Virus record (IMG/VR): IMGVR_UViG_3300023178_000017
Coordinates: 32,001 to 96,000 of that record
DNA from: a virus
DNA: 64,000 nucleotides
Reading direction: 5' to 3' (one strand)
How positions within the stretch are numbered: the first letter of the stretch is position 1; each line of letters opens with the position of its first letter. A model generated the notes under the pieces. The model searched no databases. It saw only the letters and a list, made by a program, of their open reading frames with translations, and was not told the origin of the DNA. A program made the position numbers and the translations under genes. Positions 60,215-64,000 of the stretch are shown here, one piece after another.

Positions 60215-60750
60215 GCTGTCATAAACCTTGGGACTGGTCTGTTAGTCCACTTTGCAAAATCTTTTTTGTATTTATTGTAGTAATTTTGATACGCTAGAAT
60301 GACGTTTGCATTTTTGACATCATCTGGCATTGCAGGTGGTGGTGCTGTAAAACGTCCATCAGGAAGATTATCTGGTGTATCAACTAGAATGTCTCTAAGC
60401 AATTCGTCTGTCTTATGAACTTTACCATATCGATGTGTGTACTCATCACACAAAGCACAAAAGAGTCTGTACAAGTATTCATAATTGCCTTTTGATTTAC
60501 GAGTCCAGACAGCAGTAGGGTGATTGATATGTGAAGCTTTGTAAATCATTGCTTCTTTATAAGCACCATTTAATCGCCATCTACGAATGTTTCTACCATT
60601 CTTAGTTTTATCCATATACTCAACACCATCTAACATACGATGAGCAGTTGACATAAGTTGAGCATATTCTATGATCATTTTGACCACGTGTTTGTCGCAG
60701 TGCAGTTTAGCACATGTAGTAGGTTTAGTGTCTAAGTAAAATAAATTCAT
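60211..60750 (-). CDS. Pyrimidine-dimer DNA glycosylase-like (DenV family)
   Basis: MNLFYLD......A..HCDKHVVKMI.EYAQL.STAH...YK..H.NHP..VW...EYT.RYGK.H...AMPD. Confidence 0.75.
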   Translation of the reverse strand: MNLFYLDTKPTTCAKLHCDKHVVKMIIEYAQLMSTAHRMLDGVEYMDKTKNGRNIRRWRLNGAYKEAMIYKASHINHPTAVWTRKSKGNYEYLYRLFCALCDEYTHRYGKVHKTDELLRDILVDTPDNLPDGRFTAPPPAMPDDVKNANVILAYQNYYNKYKKDFAKWTNRPVPRFMTA

Positions 60751-60759
60751 TCTTCCATC

Positions 60760-61326
60760 CTATCTGTAAAACAAGTGGTTGTCAATAGTGGTTGTCCTAT
60801 TTAAACTATCTGCCCAATAAGGATAAACAAAATCTGCATGATAATGAGTAGCGCCTTCTGTTATATCTGTCCATTCACCATCATAGACTCGCCTTGCAAG
60901 TAGCAAAGATTCAATCCATGTTTTACTATCTTCAGGATAATCCGATTTACCATCGCAGAACCAACTGAACTGACATTGATTAAGAACTGGCACCATATTG
61001 CCTTTCCAGTTTTCACGCCATTTCGCTTGATACACCACATCACATATTGTATCAGGATATAATGTACTCTCTACACGATTCAATACTACGTGTGATACTG
61101 CAATCTTACCTACCATAGATTGATTGCCTGATTCAAAGTAAATGTTTTGTGCTAGACAATACACTTCATTGTTCTGATCAGATGCATGGACTTTCATAGA
61201 TGCAAACATTATGAAAAGGCCCATTATAAAACCAACTGTTACTGAACTTAAACCAATGAGAAGCCGAATGATCAACTCCCGTTCTGCTTGTTGTCCGTGG
61301 ACTCCATACCTATGTCTGTTATTCAT
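60760..61326 (-). CDS. SleB-like cell wall hydrolase (Hydrolase_2) with N-terminal TM helix (track start 61347)
   Basis: CLAQNIYFES.NQ...GKIAV..VVLNRV....YP.TIC.VV.Q...CQFSW.CDGK...GATHYHA..V.P.W...IDNHLFY. Confidence 0.88.
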   Translation of the reverse strand: MNNRHRYGVHGQQAERELIIRLLIGLSSVTVGFIMGLFIMFASMKVHASDQNNEVYCLAQNIYFESGNQSMVGKIAVSHVVLNRVESTLYPDTICDVVYQAKWRENWKGNMVPVLNQCQFSWFCDGKSDYPEDSKTWIESLLLARRVYDGEWTDITEGATHYHADFVYPYWADSLNRTTTIDNHLFYR

Positions 61327-61454
61327 TTCCAAAACTCCTTCTCCCATATGAGAGGTATATTTTTCTTAGTTCGTTTCTCCTCACTTACCACACAACCGAC
61401 ATACGTGAATAGTCCCATGATTGTGAGAAAGATTATACCAATGAAAATATCCAT
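61323..61454 (-). CDS. 43-aa membrane peptide
   Basis: Hand translation MDIFIGIIFLTIMGLFTYVGCVVSEEKRTKKNIPLIWEKEFWK; ATGA overlap with the hydrolase start. Confidence 0.55.
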   Translation of the reverse strand: MDIFIGIIFLTIMGLFTYVGCVVSEEKRTKKNIPLIWEKEFWK

Positions 61455-61455
61455 T

Positions 61456-61629
61456 TTAGAATCCGCTAGTCCAGTGAGCGTACTCCTCTGAACAGTTTAC
61501 CTCACCACAAACACATGTGCCTTCAGGCAACGTATCTTCAGGTGACGGTGCAAAATCGTTAATATGGTGTTCTACACCATGATCATCCACAAATGTGGTG
61601 ATAATTTCTTTATTATTAGTTATACTCAT
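61456..61629 (-). CDS. 57-aa protein with CxCxxxxC...H motif
   Basis: Hand translation MSITNNKE...GTCVCGEVNCSEEYAHWTSGF; GGAGG Shine-Dalgarno. Confidence 0.55.
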   Translation of the reverse strand: MSITNNKEIITTFVDDHGVEHHINDFAPSPEDTLPEGTCVCGEVNCSEEYAHWTSGF

Positions 61630-61780
61630 TTGTATCCTCCACGTCTTTAATAAACCATAACATTAGTAGGAATCCTACCATTATAACACTTAAACTATCT
61701 AATGGTAAGAGGGTTTCGTGATTGTTCTCGATACCCCCAGCACCACCTAAAACTAAAATTAAACCTAGTATCAATCTCAT
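61616..61780 (-). CDS. 54-aa two-TM peptide
   Basis: Hand translation MRLILGLILVLGGAGGIENN...SVIMVGFLLMLWFIKD... Confidence 0.5.
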   Translation of the reverse strand: MRLILGLILVLGGAGGIENNHETLLPLDSLSVIMVGFLLMLWFIKDVEDTNEYN

Positions 61781-61783
61781 AAC

Positions 61784-62140
61784 TTACCTCAAATAATCAG
61801 GACCATATTTTCTCATACCAAACACATCGTAGCCATCGAATAGATTACCACGTGGTGCATTCAGAGCAGGTTTTGCCCACCCAGCAGATTTAAGAACATC
61901 ACCAACTTTGAAAGACACGCCTTTCTTGGTTGTGAACTCAGTCAGGTTAATGAAACCCCAAACACATCTTTGGTATTCATTGTTTTGGATTATCTTAAGA
62001 TACTTACGACCTATCTCATAATTCCAGTGATAGTCTGTAAGGGTAGGGAATTGATTAAGGTGTTCTGATTTAAGATCATCACACAATTTATCGCATAGAT
62101 AGATTAAGTCTTTCATATTGTCTCCTTTTTTAATCATCAT
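61784..62140 (-). CDS. Hypothetical protein common in T4-like phages
   Basis: GRKYLKI......VWGFI...GDVLKSAGW.KPALN..RGN. Confidence 0.7.
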   Translation of the reverse strand: MMIKKGDNMKDLIYLCDKLCDDLKSEHLNQFPTLTDYHWNYEIGRKYLKIIQNNEYQRCVWGFINLTEFTTKKGVSFKVGDVLKSAGWAKPALNAPRGNLFDGYDVFGMRKYGPDYLR

Positions 62141-62144
62141 GGTT

Positions 62145-62174
62145 ATCCTTACATTTTTTGGGGGTCATTGTCAA
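62145..62174 (-). promoter_or_regulatory. Sigma70-like early promoter
   Basis: TTGACA -35 followed by ATGACCCCCA, shared with the promoter at 62448-62477; weak -10. Confidence 0.45.
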
Positions 62175-62449
62175 CCCTTAACGTCAAGATAATGTCTCAA
62201 GGCAATACGTTCATTCTCAGTCAAATCAGTGACGGATTTGATACGAGACCATGGTGTTCCTATTGTAGTTAACTTATTGCCACATACAACGGCTGCATTC
62301 CACATCAAATCGTCTTTGGGATATAGTTTGTTTTCTTCACATAATGTAATCATGTGACGACCATACGCTACGAGTTGTTTGACAGCTTTACTGTCTTCGT
62401 AACACGAATAGTTAGACATAGTAATTCTCCTATTTAATATAAGAGACAT
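62171..62449 (-). CDS. Hypothetical protein
   Basis: ORF with AGGAG before the internal Met (MSNYSCY), the likelier start. Confidence 0.55.
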   Translation of the reverse strand: MSLILNRRITMSNYSCYEDSKAVKQLVAYGRHMITLCEENKLYPKDDLMWNAAVVCGNKLTTIGTPWSRIKSVTDLTENERIALRHYLDVKG

Positions 62450-62477
62450 AATACTAAAAAATGGAGGTTATTGTCAA
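62448..62477 (-). promoter_or_regulatory. Sigma70-like early promoter
   Basis: TTGACA-18 nt-TATTAT; spacer begins ATAACCTCCA. Confidence 0.6.
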
Positions 62478-62722
62478 ATACCTTTTTGGATATCGTTAAG
62501 TATTTGTATTTGTTTTTGGATCATTTCTGAACGATTAGGCCAATAGATATAATCCTTGTCACTATCTTTCATTAAATTTTCCAATAGAGGTCTGATAAAG
62601 TTATCCATCTTATCAATAACTTCATTTGCTGTTGTTGTTTTTTCTACGATCTTAGTATCTACAGAAGCAAGTTCTTCTGCATCCATAGCTGTAAAACCGA
62701 AATCGTTATATTCTATACTCAT
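62474..62722 (-). CDS. Hypothetical protein
   Basis: DFGFTA.D..EL...I.PLL.NL.K...KDYIYWPNR motif typical of T4-like phage small proteins. Confidence 0.65.
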   Translation of the reverse strand: MSIEYNDFGFTAMDAEELASVDTKIVEKTTTANEVIDKMDNFIRPLLENLMKDSDKDYIYWPNRSEMIQKQIQILNDIQKGI

Positions 62723-62730
62723 ATGGGTAT

Positions 62731-62919
62731 TTATATCTTATTCCACACTCTTTCGTGGACAAAGTATATGATCATCTTGGCAAAGAACTCAACACCACCG
62801 ATACTCAATGCGATTGATATATCACCAATAAAGATGTATGCGATGAGTATCGTTGTTATGGTGGCGGTTATTCTCCAACTAAATGTTTTAGCTAGAGACT
62901 TCTTTATTGAGTCTGGCAT
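62731..62919 (-). CDS. DUF2061-like membrane protein
   Basis: SLAKTFSWRI.AT..T..IAY...G....A..IG..E...K..IYF.HER.W. Confidence 0.8.
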   Translation of the reverse strand: MPDSIKKSLAKTFSWRITATITTILIAYIFIGDISIALSIGGVEFFAKMIIYFVHERVWNKI

Positions 62920-63259
62920 TTCTTATTTTAGTGGCACTGATACTTTCTATTTCAGCACCTAGTGTTTCTTGTTCTATCTTGTAACCAACATCACGACCAT
63001 ATGTTATGTGTGTAATGTTAGGAACTCTTAAAATTGTAAAATCATCTAGTACACTAAAACCCTCTTTTGCTAATGCAACAACGATTTCATTTTCTCGTTC
63101 TTCAAAATCAAAAGGGTTACTATCTGTACCGTCTTGTTCTCTAAGTAAGATAACTACTTGACCAGTTTTGGCAATTGCTCTTTTAAATAACTCTGTATGC
63201 CCTTGGTGCCACGGTTGAAATCTTCCAAGGAGTTGTGTAGTTGGTTTAGTCCAATCCAT
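62888..63259 (-). CDS. HxGH-type nucleotidyltransferase
   Basis: LGRFQPWHQGH...NPF....R...YGRDVGY...ISATKIR. Confidence 0.8.
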   Translation of the reverse strand: MDWTKPTTQLLGRFQPWHQGHTELFKRAIAKTGQVVILLREQDGTDSNPFDFEERENEIVVALAKEGFSVLDDFTILRVPNITHITYGRDVGYKIEQETLGAEIESISATKIRNARLNKEVSS

Positions 63260-63591
63260 TTTGTAATCCTTAAATCATATTTATCTGGTTCTTGAAAAAC
63301 TTTGTTGGTGTCTTCAAATCTACTTTCTTCGATTGTGTCCATCCATATGGTGAAATCAGCGTCTATCACGTCTCTCATCTTTGGTAGTGGACAAACAAAA
63401 TCAAATATACCGAAGTCATAGAAAGACATGCGATATGCCTGTCTAAGTCTTCCTTCATCCGAGAAATCCCAATCGTCTGCTTTTTCTCTTAACGTATCAG
63501 CATTAAAATGCGGAATTAAAAAGTGATAGGAAAGTTCTCTAGCTAGAGTTGTCTTTCCCGATCCTGGTAACCCCATGATCAATATTTTCAT
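63154..63591 (-). CDS. cysC: Adenylyl-sulfate kinase-like P-loop kinase
   Basis: ILIMGLPGSGKTTLA...NAD.LR....DWDFS.EGR.RQA.RM...DFVCP...WMDT...F..P. Confidence 0.7.
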   Translation of the reverse strand: MKILIMGLPGSGKTTLARELSYHFLIPHFNADTLREKADDWDFSDEGRLRQAYRMSFYDFGIFDFVCPLPKMRDVIDADFTIWMDTIEESRFEDTNKVFQEPDKYDLRITKWIGLNQLHNSLEDFNRGTKGIQSYLKEQLPKLVK

Positions 63592-63997
63592 ATATTACAA
63601 TGTGACGTTCCTTATCGTCTGTTTGTTCGATCATCTTCAAAGTTATACCGTTACCTACGGTAAACTTGCTATTATATAGTACGATGAATTGTGAATCTTC
63701 ATCTGGATTAATGTCTGTATATTTTGGGTTTCTTCTTGGATTAAACCAATACAATTTGCTCTTTTGTTGAGTATCAGATATTTTTAATACAGATAGTTCT
63801 AGTCTATCTTCTAGTTCATCTACCCATACATCATTGCATTCGTATCTACATCCAAGATAAGATGAAAAGAGAGGAGGTAAGTCCAAACGAACAGCACCCT
63901 CGATGTTCGAAAGTTCTGATTCGTAGTTTGGACTTATTTGTTCTGGTAATATATTTCTAACTATCGACCTAGAAATATCCACCGTCCCTGTGATCAT
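63539..63997 (-). CDS. Hypothetical protein (may extend beyond the window)
   Basis: Open frame running to the window edge. Confidence 0.45.
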   Translation of the reverse strand: MITGTVDISRSIVRNILPEQISPNYESELSNIEGAVRLDLPPLFSSYLGCRYECNDVWVDELEDRLELSVLKISDTQQKSKLYWFNPRRNPKYTDINPDEDSQFIVLYNSKFTVGNGITLKMIEQTDDKERHIVIYENIDHGVTRIGKDNSS

Positions 63998-64000
63998 CGG

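Noticed and set aside
1-64000. Alternative genetic code, tRNA genes
   Set aside because: Core genes translate full length in the standard code with all three stops in use; I saw no cloverleaf with a T-loop consensus in the few intergenic gaps (by eye only).

Overview
AT-rich fragment of a large T4-like (gp13-17, gp6/7/8/25/53/48/5, gp2/4/26/32/33/59) myovirus genome resembling aquatic T4-like phages. Positions 1-44900 (minus strand) hold terminase, neck, an elaborate tail-fibre region and baseplate genes under T4-late-type (T/C/G)ATAAATA promoters. Positions 44936-53101 (plus) hold gp4, an inserted HAD/KdsB-like/ParB-Srx-like cassette, gp2, gp54, gp26/gp51 and a tape-measure-like gene. Positions 53098-64000 (minus) hold GAPDH, ribosomal protein bS21, gp32, gp59, gp33 and accessory genes. 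The standout observation is two pairs of adjacent Pro-punctuated repeat genes (10053-11828 with 8911-10041; 19870-21534 with 18939-19868). In each pair the repeat units of one protein read N->C match those of its partner read C->N, in unit length (47/47 units over 334 aa in pair 1) and by a fixed motif-pairing rule with compensatory changes. This suggests antiparallel two-chain fibres zipped by a protein-level complementarity code. One pair is capped by a Hint self-cleaving domain and followed by hydroxylase and glycosyltransferase genes. All product calls come from motif recognition and synteny, not database searches.
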